From Myxococcota bacterium (GTDB lineage Bacteria > Myxococcota_A > UBA796 > GCA-2862545): a stretch of 64,000 nucleotides of DNA. Below the pieces are notes generated by a model. The model was not told where the DNA came from. It ran no database searches and saw nothing but the letters and a program-made list of their open reading frames with translations. Position numbers and translations under genes: made by a program. The stretch is from assembly GCA_039208735.1 (NCBI GenBank), contig JBCCQY010000041.1, positions 1-64,000 of the forward strand, in the 5' to 3' direction. Positions 9,866 through 18,985 of the stretch are shown one piece after another (positions within the stretch are counted from its first letter, which is position 1; each line of letters starts with the position of its first letter).

Positions 9866-9946
9866 CGTCGTGGCTGTCCTTGTTCCCCGCGGCCGCACCG
9901 TATCTCTCGATCTGGGACCCGTCGAAAAAACCCGATGGGGACTTCG

Positions 9947-12529
9947 TTAGTCTTCCATTTCATTCTTCAGACGGACCACTTCGCGCGGGCGACCGCGCCG
10001 ATTGTAGTCGTTGGCCATGACCGCGCCGTAGGCTCCGGCGGTCCCCAGAAGCAGGAGATCCCCTTCTTTCGACTGTGCAATCAGCCGATCCCGAGCCAGT
10101 ACATCGCCGGTTTCACAGATGGGCCCCACGACGGTCACGATCTCCGGTTCGGCCTGAGGACTCGTCAGGTTCGCGACGTGGTGGTGGGCGCCGTACAGGG
10201 CCGGTCGGAGCAGGGTGTGCATTCCGGCGTCGACGCCGACGTAGCGAAGGTCGCCCTTCTGCTTGCGTTGGGTCACTCGGGTGAGCAAGACCCCGGCCTC
10301 GGCAATCAGGTAGCGGCCCGGCTCGATCCAGATGGACCATTCCGGGTGGGCTTGTCGGACGGAAGCGAGCGCTAGGTCTACCGCATCAAGATCGAGCGGA
10401 GGACGGCCCGGCCGATCGGGGACGCCCAGTCCGCCACCCACATCCAGAATGGTGGCCAGCGGAAACAGCGAGGCACACTGCGCCAGCACGACCGCGGTGT
10501 GTTGCCAAGCGGTGGGGTCGAGGACGCCAGACCCGGTGTGGGCGTGCAGCCCGATGATGCGACAGCCGGCCTGGTCGGCGAGCTTGGCAAAGGTTTCGAG
10601 CTGATCGGGTGCGACCCCAAACTTGGACCGCGCCCCTGCGGTGCGAACCTTGGCATGGTGGCCGCGACCCTGACCCGGATCGACGCGCACGAAGATGTCA
10701 CGGTCGTTGAACACATCGGGCCACGCCTCGAGCGGGTGCAGGTTGTCGAGGGTCACGTGGGCGTGGGCGGCGAACCCTCGTTCGTAGTCTTCGCGAGGGG
10801 CGAAGTTCGGCGTGAACAGCACGATGGCGTCCGGACCAACGTGCTCGCGTACCCATTCCACCTCCCCGGGGCTGACGCACTCGAAGCCGAGGCCCGCGGC
10901 TGCCGCACGGCGAATCACCTCGGGATGCGCATTGGCCTTGACGGCGTACAGCGCTTGGTCGACGTGCGTGAGCTGGGCCAGGGCTTGGGCGCGAGCGTCG
11001 ATGGTTGCAGCGTCGTAGACGTACACCGGGGTTCCTGCGGCGGCGATCGCATGGAGGTCGGACGCGGCGGACGCCCACCAGGGTGGAGAGGTCTCCGGGG
11101 CCTCGCTCGGCGTGGCGAACAGTTCCTGCCACGTGCGCCCGATGACCGCGTCGATGGGGCGGTGGGCAAAAAGCATTGCATGCAACTTGGCGAGGAGACG
11201 ATCCGCGGTCGATTCATCGACCACGAAGGTCAGGTTGAGGTCGCTTGCCGCCTGGCTCACGAGATGGACGCGGTGATCCTCGAATTGTTCGAGGGCCGGT
11301 GCAAGCTGATGCAGGATCGACCGGATTCCTCGACCTACCAGACTCACCGACGCCACCTGGGTCACGAGCTTGGCCGTGCAGATAGGGGCAAGATCAGCGA
11401 GGACCGCGTCCAGGACGGTGGGATCCATCGCGTTGGCGTGGGGGTCTAGGGTCACCGTCACGTTGGTTTCGGACGTGCTCACCGTGTCGATCGAAAGTCC
11501 GTGGTCCGCGAAGACCCCGAACGCGTCTGCCAAAAAGCCCACCTCTTGCCACATGCCAAGCGTCTCCATGCTCACCAGCACGAGTCCCCGACGGCGGGAC
11601 AGCGCCTTGACCTGGGCAGGGCCGGTGGGCGCATCGGCTGCGATCCGCGTGCCTGCCATGTCGGGCTGCGGCGTACAGCGAATCGAAATGGGGATGCGAG
11701 CGGCACGGGCGGGGGCAATCGCGCGGGGATGGAGCACCTTCGCTCCTGTCGTTGCGATCTCCTGCGCCTCGGCGTAGCCCAGGGCACGAAGCAGGCGAGC
11801 GGCGGGCTGCTTCCGAGGGTCGGCGGTGAACATGCCCGGAACGTCGGTCCAGATCTCGCAGACTTCGGCGCCGAGCTTGGCGGCCAGCGTCGTCGCCGAC
11901 GTGTCGGACCCTCCCCGCCCGAGGACGCAGGTTGCGCCATCGGGGTCACGCGCCACGAAGCCTTGGGTCACAATCACGGCATCGCCCCCGAGATCGCGCT
12001 GCAGGGCGGGGGCGAGATCCCACGGCACATGGGCGGCGAGCATGCGTCGGGCAAGCGGCCCCCGGCCGTCGCTCTGCAGCAGATCGCGTGCATCGACCCA
12101 CCGCGTCGGGAGGCCTTGGGCCGAAAGCCACGCTGCGCCGAGTCGCGTCGACATGCGTTCGCCCTTGGCGAGGATGCGGGCTTGGACCGCGGGGCTGGTT
12201 TCTCCGAGGAGTTGCGCACCCAACGCGAGGCGCCGCAGTTCCTCCATTTCGTCGGCGATCACCGCCAGATCCACCCCAAGGCCTCGGGCGAGTTCGGCTT
12301 GGCGTTCCGTGATGCGGGCGAGCGGCGTGTCGACGTCCGAGCCAGAGCCCGCCTGCGCAATCACGGTTTGCAGGTCATCGGTGACCCCCGCCACCGCCGA
12401 ACACACCAAGACGGGAGTCCGCCCCTCCTCGCGTTGGGACTGGGCTTGGGCCCTGATGACCGCCCAACGTTCGGGCCGACTCACGCTCGTCCCGCCGAAC
12501 TTCAACACTGCGAAGCGATGATCCGACAT
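9947..12529 (-). CDS. lysAC: Bifunctional aspartate kinase / diaminopimelate decarboxylase (LysC-LysA fusion)
   Basis: VLKFGGTSV, LGRGGSD and IWTDVPG (aspartate kinase) with ACT domains; YAVKAN, HxGSG, GGG, EPGRY, GPICE and GAYG (fold III PLP decarboxylase). Confidence 0.93.
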   Translation of the reverse strand: MSDHRFAVLKFGGTSVSRPERWAVIRAQAQSQREEGRTPVLVCSAVAGVTDDLQTVIAQAGSGSDVDTPLARITERQAELARGLGVDLAVIADEMEELRRLALGAQLLGETSPAVQARILAKGERMSTRLGAAWLSAQGLPTRWVDARDLLQSDGRGPLARRMLAAHVPWDLAPALQRDLGGDAVIVTQGFVARDPDGATCVLGRGGSDTSATTLAAKLGAEVCEIWTDVPGMFTADPRKQPAARLLRALGYAEAQEIATTGAKVLHPRAIAPARAARIPISIRCTPQPDMAGTRIAADAPTGPAQVKALSRRRGLVLVSMETLGMWQEVGFLADAFGVFADHGLSIDTVSTSETNVTVTLDPHANAMDPTVLDAVLADLAPICTAKLVTQVASVSLVGRGIRSILHQLAPALEQFEDHRVHLVSQAASDLNLTFVVDESTADRLLAKLHAMLFAHRPIDAVIGRTWQELFATPSEAPETSPPWWASAASDLHAIAAAGTPVYVYDAATIDARAQALAQLTHVDQALYAVKANAHPEVIRRAAAAGLGFECVSPGEVEWVREHVGPDAIVLFTPNFAPREDYERGFAAHAHVTLDNLHPLEAWPDVFNDRDIFVRVDPGQGRGHHAKVRTAGARSKFGVAPDQLETFAKLADQAGCRIIGLHAHTGSGVLDPTAWQHTAVVLAQCASLFPLATILDVGGGLGVPDRPGRPPLDLDAVDLALASVRQAHPEWSIWIEPGRYLIAEAGVLLTRVTQRKQKGDLRYVGVDAGMHTLLRPALYGAHHHVANLTSPQAEPEIVTVVGPICETGDVLARDRLIAQSKEGDLLLLGTAGAYGAVMANDYNRRGRPREVVRLKNEMED

Positions 12530-12635
12530 CTCGTCTCCAGAGCCCTCGACGTACCCTCCCGTGCGCCGAGACACTCGATGACACCCATCGAGAGTCGAGG
12601 ATCGGTACGCTACGGGTTGGAAAATGGGAGTTCCT

Positions 12636-13223
12636 ATGCGCGTGGTAGCCATGGCAGCGGTGGTCGCCGTTCCCCAGCTCGGGGAACCCGTCGGTTGCTC
12701 GGGAGGCGACGACTCGTCGATCGACGTGACGTGGACCCACCCCACAAGTGACGCTTCGCTCGACGTTGATCTGCTGGGTTGCAGTGGCTGGGATCGCGAT
12801 GTGGCCAACCATCGGATCACGCTCGATGCGGGCTGGACGTCGTGCGCCGTTCAGGGCACCGTCTCGGATGGTGGGTTGGTCGTCGAAAGCGAGCCGATGT
12901 GGATCCGGGGTGACGAAGACGTTCAGGTCGACTTTGGGCTTCCGGTTGCGCCCCTCGGAGGCATGGGAGCCCGGGTAGCCTCGCGCGGGCATGGGATTGC
13001 GCTGACCGAAGTGCTGCCTGGCTTCCCTGCCGAGTCGGCAGGCTTGCTGCCGGGCGACGTCGTTCTGGCCGTCGATGATTGGTCGATGCGGAACGCCACC
13101 GCCATGGAGTTCGTCCGCACGGTCGTGGGCACACCCGGAACGCCGGTTCGCCTCACGGTTGCGCGCAAGGGCACCCGTTACGACGTCGAAATCGTGCGCA
13201 CGCGGATTCCCGCCCAGCATTAG
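12636..13223 (+). CDS. Exported PDZ-domain protein
   Basis: C-terminal PDZ (GGMGA...PGFPAESAGLLPGDVVLAVD...GTPVRLTV); N-terminal hydrophobic segment; start uncertain (12624 or 12636). Confidence 0.7.
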   Translation: MRVVAMAAVVAVPQLGEPVGCSGGDDSSIDVTWTHPTSDASLDVDLLGCSGWDRDVANHRITLDAGWTSCAVQGTVSDGGLVVESEPMWIRGDEDVQVDFGLPVAPLGGMGARVASRGHGIALTEVLPGFPAESAGLLPGDVVLAVDDWSMRNATAMEFVRTVVGTPGTPVRLTVARKGTRYDVEIVRTRIPAQH

Positions 13224-13636
13224 ACTTCGTCGTCGATGCTTCGGGACTCCATTCGAATGCGGCGCCCCGTCCGCACCGACACTTGGATTTCATCGTGGGT
13301 TTGTCGGGCGTTGGGGAAGATGGCCTTCCGCACCTTCGCGTGATGGAAGGTGCAACCGTCGATGTTGGCGAAGTCGAAGTCCGCTTCTTCGAGCATCGCT
13401 TCATCGAAACACGCATCTTTGCAGTCGGAATGCCATAGCGACGCGCCCTGCAGATTGGCCTGGCGGAAGCTGGCTCGAGCCAGATTGCACTCGGCGAGCT
13501 TGGCCCGGCGTAGGTCAGCCCCGTCGAAGGTCACGCCGGTAAGGTCGAGGCCACGCAGATCGGTGTCGGCGAGCGAGTCGCTGCGCGATAAAGCGTCCAG
13601 AATCTGCTTTTTGCTCAGGGTGCGGGGAGAGCCCAT
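13220..13636 (-). CDS. Pentapeptide repeat protein
   Basis: Tandem A(D/N)Lxx repeats (ADLRR, AKLAE, ANLQG, ADFDF, ANIDG). Confidence 0.85.
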   Translation of the reverse strand: MGSPRTLSKKQILDALSRSDSLADTDLRGLDLTGVTFDGADLRRAKLAECNLARASFRQANLQGASLWHSDCKDACFDEAMLEEADFDFANIDGCTFHHAKVRKAIFPNARQTHDEIQVSVRTGRRIRMESRSIDDEV

Positions 13637-14598
13637 TCGAATCTCTCGGGTTCGGGAGGTTGCAGCAGACGGTCGAGGATGCGCTCGGACAAGCGGCTTC
13701 CCGACGTCCGATCGGCGTGGAAAGCCCCGCCTGGATTGAGCACATTCACCTCGGTGAGGTAGTCCCCGATGACATCGAGGCCGGCGAGGCGCACGCCTGC
13801 CGCGAGGAGATAGGGCGTGACCGGAGCCACGGTTTTCTGGTCCTCGCGGGTGATTTCGGTCGGCTCGGCGATCGCACCGTGTTTGAGATTGTGACGGAAC
13901 TCTCCCGGGGCGCGCTGGCGCAGGTAGCCCCCGATGACATCGCCGTCGAGCCACATCAGACGCTTTTCACCGCCCGCCGCCTCGGCAAGGTATCGTTGGA
14001 CAACCACGTAGCCGTCGCCGGTTTCGCGGGCCCGGTCGAACGCCGTATCGAGCAGAGCGGTTTCGCCTTGGGCGACGCGGGCCACGTCGCGACCTCCGCT
14101 GCCGCGAGCCGGCTTGACCACGACACCGTCAGGTTGGGCGGTGGCAAACAGATGGGTGCTTGCCCGGCTGCGGGTGACCAGCGTTTCCGGGATGCGCACG
14201 CCAGGCAGGGAGGCAAGCCATCCTTTGTGCGAGACGCGCAACAAGCCACCCGGGTCATTCACCACCCGGACGCCCCGTTGCTTGACGAACTGTGCGAACG
14301 ACAACACCGCAAGGTCCAACGGCGATGCACGCAACAGCAACAGATCGATCCGCTCGAGATCGACGTAGCGTCGTGTGGCCTTGCGCGACGCGAGATCGTG
14401 AGCGAGCCGTTCGGCTGACATGGGCCGATCGAAGGCGTGGGATCGCGCGATCAGTCGACCTCGGAAGTCGACTTCGTAGTCCCAAGGTTCGATGAAGCGC
14501 ACCGAGCAGCCGCGGTTCAATGCCACCTGCGCCAGGCTCGCCGTGGTCCAGGTGCTTCCGATCGCCGCGGCGCGCGTGATGGCGAAGGCGATTCTCAC
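13615..14598 (-). CDS. Glutathione synthetase-like ATP-grasp ligase (GshB/RimK superfamily)
   Basis: VVNDP, VVKP..GSGG, VVQRYL...GEKRL, FRHNL..G and GLDVIGDYLTEVNV motifs; GTG start. Confidence 0.8.
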   Translation of the reverse strand: MRIAFAITRAAAIGSTWTTASLAQVALNRGCSVRFIEPWDYEVDFRGRLIARSHAFDRPMSAERLAHDLASRKATRRYVDLERIDLLLLRASPLDLAVLSFAQFVKQRGVRVVNDPGGLLRVSHKGWLASLPGVRIPETLVTRSRASTHLFATAQPDGVVVKPARGSGGRDVARVAQGETALLDTAFDRARETGDGYVVVQRYLAEAAGGEKRLMWLDGDVIGGYLRQRAPGEFRHNLKHGAIAEPTEITREDQKTVAPVTPYLLAAGVRLAGLDVIGDYLTEVNVLNPGGAFHADRTSGSRLSERILDRLLQPPEPERFEWALPAP

Positions 14599-14656
14599 GG
14601 CGGACCCATAAGCCAACGGACCGTCCACTGCTACGATGCCGTTCCAGGAGGAAGGG

Positions 14657-15649
14657 ATGCGTTGTACGGTGATTGGCGCGGGCTCGTGGGGAACGGCCTT
14701 GGCGGTCCAGCTGGTGCGGCAGGGACACGAAACCCGACTGTGGGACCGCAATCCCGACCGCTGTACCCATATCAACGCCCACCACCGCAACCCGCGGTAC
14801 CTGAAAGACGTCGATCTACCTGCCGGGTTGCAGGCGGTGTCCGATCTGAACGGTGCGGTTGAGGGGGCGGAGCTGGTGGTGCCGGTGGTGCCTTCCCATG
14901 CGTTGCGAGGCGTGCTCGATCGCGCGAAGGGCCAGATTGGAATCAATACCCAGGTCTGCTGCGCGACAAAGGGGATCGAAGAGGACAGCCTGACCACGAT
15001 GTACGACGTATGCGGCACGGTGCTCGGGAACCCCGACCGGGTGAGCATGCTGTACGGGCCGTCCTTTGCCCTAGAGGTGGCCAAGGGACTGCCCACGGCG
15101 GTCGTCGTGGCTGGACAAGCGCAATGTGCCCAGGTGGCGGCAGATGCCTTCCATGGCGAACTGTTTCGGGCATACCACACCAACGACATCATCGGGGTGT
15201 GCATCGGCGGCTCCATCAAGAACGTGATGGCCATCGCATGTGGCGTCAGCGATGGGTTGGGTCTTGGCGCCAACGCACGGGCCGGATTGATCACCCGCGG
15301 GCTGGCTGAGATCACGCGGCTTGCCGTGGCCATGGGCGCCGATCCCCTGACCATGATGGGCTTGGCCGGGATTGGGGATCTCGTTCTCACCTGTACGGGC
15401 AACCTGTCGCGCAACCGGCGCGTCGGGCTGGCCCTTGGCGAAGGGCGAACCCTCAACGACATTCTCGAGGAGCTCGGCGAAGTGGCCGAAGGGGTCACCA
15501 CCGCCGTTTCGGCCCACAAACTTGCGGCCAAGCTCGGGGTCGAAATGCCGATCAGCGAGCAGGTCTACCAAATGCTCCACGAAGACAAACCCGCCCAAGA
15601 GGCCCTCATGGCTCTCATGGGCCGGCAGCGTCGGGCGGAAAAGGACTGA
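14657..15649 (+). CDS. gpsA: NAD(P)H-dependent glycerol-3-phosphate dehydrogenase
   Basis: GAGSWGTALA, TKGIE, GPSFA, KNVMAIACG, GLAGIGDLVLTC, SRN and AEG motifs; GGAGG RBS. Confidence 0.95.
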   Translation: MRCTVIGAGSWGTALAVQLVRQGHETRLWDRNPDRCTHINAHHRNPRYLKDVDLPAGLQAVSDLNGAVEGAELVVPVVPSHALRGVLDRAKGQIGINTQVCCATKGIEEDSLTTMYDVCGTVLGNPDRVSMLYGPSFALEVAKGLPTAVVVAGQAQCAQVAADAFHGELFRAYHTNDIIGVCIGGSIKNVMAIACGVSDGLGLGANARAGLITRGLAEITRLAVAMGADPLTMMGLAGIGDLVLTCTGNLSRNRRVGLALGEGRTLNDILEELGEVAEGVTTAVSAHKLAAKLGVEMPISEQVYQMLHEDKPAQEALMALMGRQRRAEKD

Positions 15650-15897
15650 GGAAGCGCGAGCTTCGCGTAACAGTCGTGAAACGAAAGCGGGCCCGGTCGA
15701 CCGCCGTAAATTCGACAGGAGCGAAAAAAGGGGGTGGCGAATTCGAGGCACCGCGATACTCGCGCCGCCGAAATCGAACGGAAGTGAAACGGTTTTGGGG
15801 TTGGGTCGTCCATCCCACATGAAGCCGTTTAGACAACGAAGGCTGTGTCACCTGGCATCCTCGGGTACTGTCACCTTCTCGTTCGGAGCCCGTCGGC

Positions 15898-15926
15898 TTG
15901 ACACAGCGGGGCACCTTCCGTACGAT
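15898..15926 (+). promoter_or_regulatory. Sigma70-type promoter
   Basis: TTGACA (15898-15903), 17-nt spacer, TACGAT (15921-15926), oriented toward tatA. Confidence 0.7.
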
Positions 15927-16143
15927 TATCCTTAGGCGCTTTCTTTTTTCTTCTTGCGTTTTCGAGTCAGCCTCCTTCGCCGGCATCACACCAGGCAAAG
16001 CTCTTGCGTCTCCTCCATCTCTCGCGGTGGATACTTGCGGAGGAGGCTCTCTCGAAGGCACGCATCGCGCCACATTCGGATGCCGTTCGCTATCGACGAA
16101 TCCGGCAGGCTAAGGATACGAGGTGTCCTTCCCTGGAGATTCC

Positions 16144-16392
16144 ATGCCCGTTGTCGGTTTCATCGCGGGACTCGGCCTTCCCGAGCTGCTCGTGGTCTTG
16201 GTTCTCGTGCTGATTCTGTTTGGGGCGGGTCGCCTGCCGCAGGTGTTCGAGTCCTTCGGTAAGGGCATTCGTGCCTTCCGTGATGCGTCACGCGACGAAG
16301 ATCCCCTTAAGATCGACGATGTGAAGCACGCTCCGCCACCCAGTGCCAACATCTCCGAAGCCGAAGAAGTCACGAAGCAGAGCGCTTCGTAG
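16144..16392 (+). CDS. tatA: Twin-arginine translocase TatA/TatE subunit
   Basis: [39 protein letters not shown] helix, FG hinge, amphipathic helix; GGAG RBS. Confidence 0.9.
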   Translation: MPVVGFIAGLGLPELLVVLVLVLILFGAGRLPQVFESFGKGIRAFRDASRDEDPLKIDDVKHAPPPSANISEAEEVTKQSAS

Positions 16393-17610
16393 CTAAGCTG
16401 CTGCGCCGCGCACGACCGACGTGAGCCTCGTGCCGCCGACGTGCTGCAGGATGCTTGCCGGGGTCGCGGGCTCGCCAGGAGCCGGTCGGAGGGCCACAAA
16501 ATCGGCTTTGCCTCCTACGGTGAGGCGCCCCACGTCGGACCGACCCAATGCGGTGGCCGCGCGTGAGGTGATGCCGAGCAACGACTCCTCGACGGTCAGG
16601 CCCATCGTGAGGCAGGCGAGCGAGGCACAGGTCAGCAAGTCGTAAAACGTGGAACTTCCTGGATTCAGGTCGGTCGCCACGAAAAGGGAGACCCCCGCTT
16701 CCCGCAGAGCGGCGACCGGGGGCGACGGCAGCCGCAGCGAAAGCATGGCTCCAGGAAGGAGCCCCGCGCTTGTGCCGTGCCTCGCCATGGCTTCGATGCC
16801 GGCCTCGTCAATCTGCTCGAGGTGGTCCGCCGACACCGCCCCTAGCTCGGCCGCCATTTGAGCGGCGCCGGTGTAGGTGAGCTGTTCAGCGTGGATCTTG
16901 AGGCCAAATCCAAGATTCTTGGCCGCGGTGAGGATGCGGCGTCCCTCGTCGACGGTGAAGGCGCCTTCGTCGACAAACACGTCAACAAAGTCGGCGAGCC
17001 CGACAATCGCGGGCAGGTGCACCTGCACGAGTTCCGTGACGTAGGCGTCGCGTCGGTTGGCGTACTCCTTGGGCACGACGTGCGCTCCCAAGAACGTCGT
17101 CATGACGTTGACGCCTGCGCGTATGCCCGCTTCCCGCGCGGCCTTCAGCATGGCCACCTCGGTCGCTTGGTCGAGCCCGTAGCCACTCTTCACCTCGACC
17201 GTGGTGGTCCCTCGCGCTTCGGCGAGGTGGCGCAGGCGAGCCGTCGTGAGTTCGGTCAGCGTCTCGGGTTGGGCGGCTCGGGTTGCGGTGACCGTCGAGT
17301 GAATGCCGCCCCCTTTGGCCAGCGCATCCTGGTAGGCCGCACCGCGGAGGCGAGCTTCCCATTCATCGGTGCGGCTACCTGCCCACACCGCATGGGTGTG
17401 GGCGTCGACTAATCCCGGGAGCCCCACTTCGCCTTTGGCCACCACCACGCGCGACGCCTCTGGCGCTTCCTGCGAAGGGCCGAGCCACACGACGGTCTCA
17501 TCGCGGAAGGCGACGGCTCCGTTGGGAATCGGACCGAGCGGCCCCTCGCCGCGCGCTTCGTCCATGGTGAGCAGGACGTCGAGGTCGCGAACGACGAGGT
17601 CGGCCTTCAT
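16393..17610 (-). CDS. hutI: Imidazolonepropionase
   Basis: PGLVDAHTH, GGGI..TV..TR, GTTTVEVKSGYGL, TFLGAH, KIHAEQ, SADHL and ATDLNPGS motifs. Confidence 0.93.
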   Translation of the reverse strand: MKADLVVRDLDVLLTMDEARGEGPLGPIPNGAVAFRDETVVWLGPSQEAPEASRVVVAKGEVGLPGLVDAHTHAVWAGSRTDEWEARLRGAAYQDALAKGGGIHSTVTATRAAQPETLTELTTARLRHLAEARGTTTVEVKSGYGLDQATEVAMLKAAREAGIRAGVNVMTTFLGAHVVPKEYANRRDAYVTELVQVHLPAIVGLADFVDVFVDEGAFTVDEGRRILTAAKNLGFGLKIHAEQLTYTGAAQMAAELGAVSADHLEQIDEAGIEAMARHGTSAGLLPGAMLSLRLPSPPVAALREAGVSLFVATDLNPGSSTFYDLLTCASLACLTMGLTVEESLLGITSRAATALGRSDVGRLTVGGKADFVALRPAPGEPATPASILQHVGGTRLTSVVRGAAA

Positions 17611-17611
17611 C

Positions 17612-18895
17612 TCAGATCACCGTTCCTGGTTTGATGACCGCGTTCTTCTTGACGATGATGATGCCGTCGCGAATGCAGTACATCGGCGCGTCGGTGTCTT
17701 CCCGATCTGGATTGCCGTGAATCACGGCGTCCGCCCCAATGCGCGCATTCTTGTCGACGATGGCACGTCGGATGGACACCCCATTGCCGATGCCCATCGG
17801 GACGCCCCCTGACGCGACCACGGCCTGGCGCTTTTCGTGGACTTCGTAGTAGTCCGCGCCCATCACGATCGACTCGTGCACCTGGCTTCCGGGCGACAGC
17901 CAGCTGCGTTGACCGATGACCGAGCGTTCGACGCGCGCGCCCTCGAGCGAACACCCTTCGGCGATGAGGGACCGTTCGATCTTCGTGTCGCGGAACCGGG
18001 TGGGGGGCAGGAATCGTGCGCGGGTGTAGATGGGCTCTTCGGGGACGTAGAACCTGAACAACGGGTCATCTTCGGTCAGGGCCAGGTTGGCATCGTAGAA
18101 CGCCTTGATCGTCCCAATGTCTTCCCAGTACTCGCTGAATTGGAACGCCGCGACCTTCCGCTTTCCGATGGCCGAGGGGAGAATGTCTTTGCCGAAGTCG
18201 ATGTGTTCGTCATGCGACAACAACTCCTCGAGCGCCTTGGCCCGGAACACGTAGACCCCCATCGAGGCGAGGTAGGACTTCTGCGTGCCCCATTGCTGCT
18301 TGAGCGCTTCGGGGATCATGAACGGGGTGATGTCTTCGTCGTCGGCGGGTTTTTCTTTGAACGTTGTGACGATGCCCTCTTCGTCGGCCGCCAGCACCCC
18401 AAAGCCTGCGCACTCTTCGCGTGTCACGGGGATGGTGGCCACCGTGATGTCGGCGCCGACATCGTTGTGATGCGCCACCAGCTCGTCGTACCGCATGCGG
18501 TACAGGTGGTCGCCGCTCAGGATGAGAATGTTCTCGATGCCCGAGCGCACGAAGCGGTGCAAGTGCTTGCGAACTGCATCGGCAGTGCCTTGGAACCAGT
18601 CCGCGCCGAACCGGTCGGACTGCTCTGCTGCGAGGACCTCGATGAAGCCGTCGGTGAACATGTCGAAGCGGTAGGTGCGTGCGATATGGGCATTGAGGGA
18701 GGCCGAGTTGAACTGGGTCAACACGAAGACCTGGCGCAGCCCGCTATTGATGGCGTTGGACAGGGGAATGTCGATCAGCCGGTATTTGCCGCCAAGCGGT
18801 ACGGCTGGCTTGGCTCGTTCCAACGTCAGCGGAAACAGGCGTGTACCGCGTCCCCCGCCGAGCACCACGGTCAGCGTCCGCCCGCGATCTGCCAT
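17612..18895 (-). CDS. glgC: Glucose-1-phosphate adenylyltransferase
   Basis: LGGGRGTRLFPLT..RAKPAVP.GGKYRLID, WFQGTADAV, ILSGDHLY, FKEKP, DFGKD and YWEDIGT motifs. Confidence 0.95.
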   Translation of the reverse strand: MADRGRTLTVVLGGGRGTRLFPLTLERAKPAVPLGGKYRLIDIPLSNAINSGLRQVFVLTQFNSASLNAHIARTYRFDMFTDGFIEVLAAEQSDRFGADWFQGTADAVRKHLHRFVRSGIENILILSGDHLYRMRYDELVAHHNDVGADITVATIPVTREECAGFGVLAADEEGIVTTFKEKPADDEDITPFMIPEALKQQWGTQKSYLASMGVYVFRAKALEELLSHDEHIDFGKDILPSAIGKRKVAAFQFSEYWEDIGTIKAFYDANLALTEDDPLFRFYVPEEPIYTRARFLPPTRFRDTKIERSLIAEGCSLEGARVERSVIGQRSWLSPGSQVHESIVMGADYYEVHEKRQAVVASGGVPMGIGNGVSIRRAIVDKNARIGADAVIHGNPDREDTDAPMYCIRDGIIIVKKNAVIKPGTVI

Positions 18896-18985
18896 CGTGT
18901 CTCCCCTTCACCGGGAATCCCGGATGATCCACGACGGGATCGTCGTGTCACAGTGGGGAATGGCAAGCCACGACGCGAGTCGCAA

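Noticed and set aside
9947..12529. LysC-LysA fusion as a novelty
   Set aside because: Bifunctional aspartate kinase/DAP decarboxylase is already known from several bacterial groups.
14599..15531. N-terminal extension of the 638-aa ORF 13615-15531
   Set aside because: It is antisense to gpsA; the ATP-grasp homology only begins near the GTG at 14598.
15615..16073. Minus-strand 152-aa basic ORF in the gpsA-tatA gap
   Set aside because: It has no recognisable motif and runs antisense across a strong plus-strand promoter, so it is more likely non-coding.
17837..18985. N-terminal extension of the 856-aa FG-GAP ORF
   Set aside because: It is antisense to glgC; the signal-like sequence starts at about 18986-19022.
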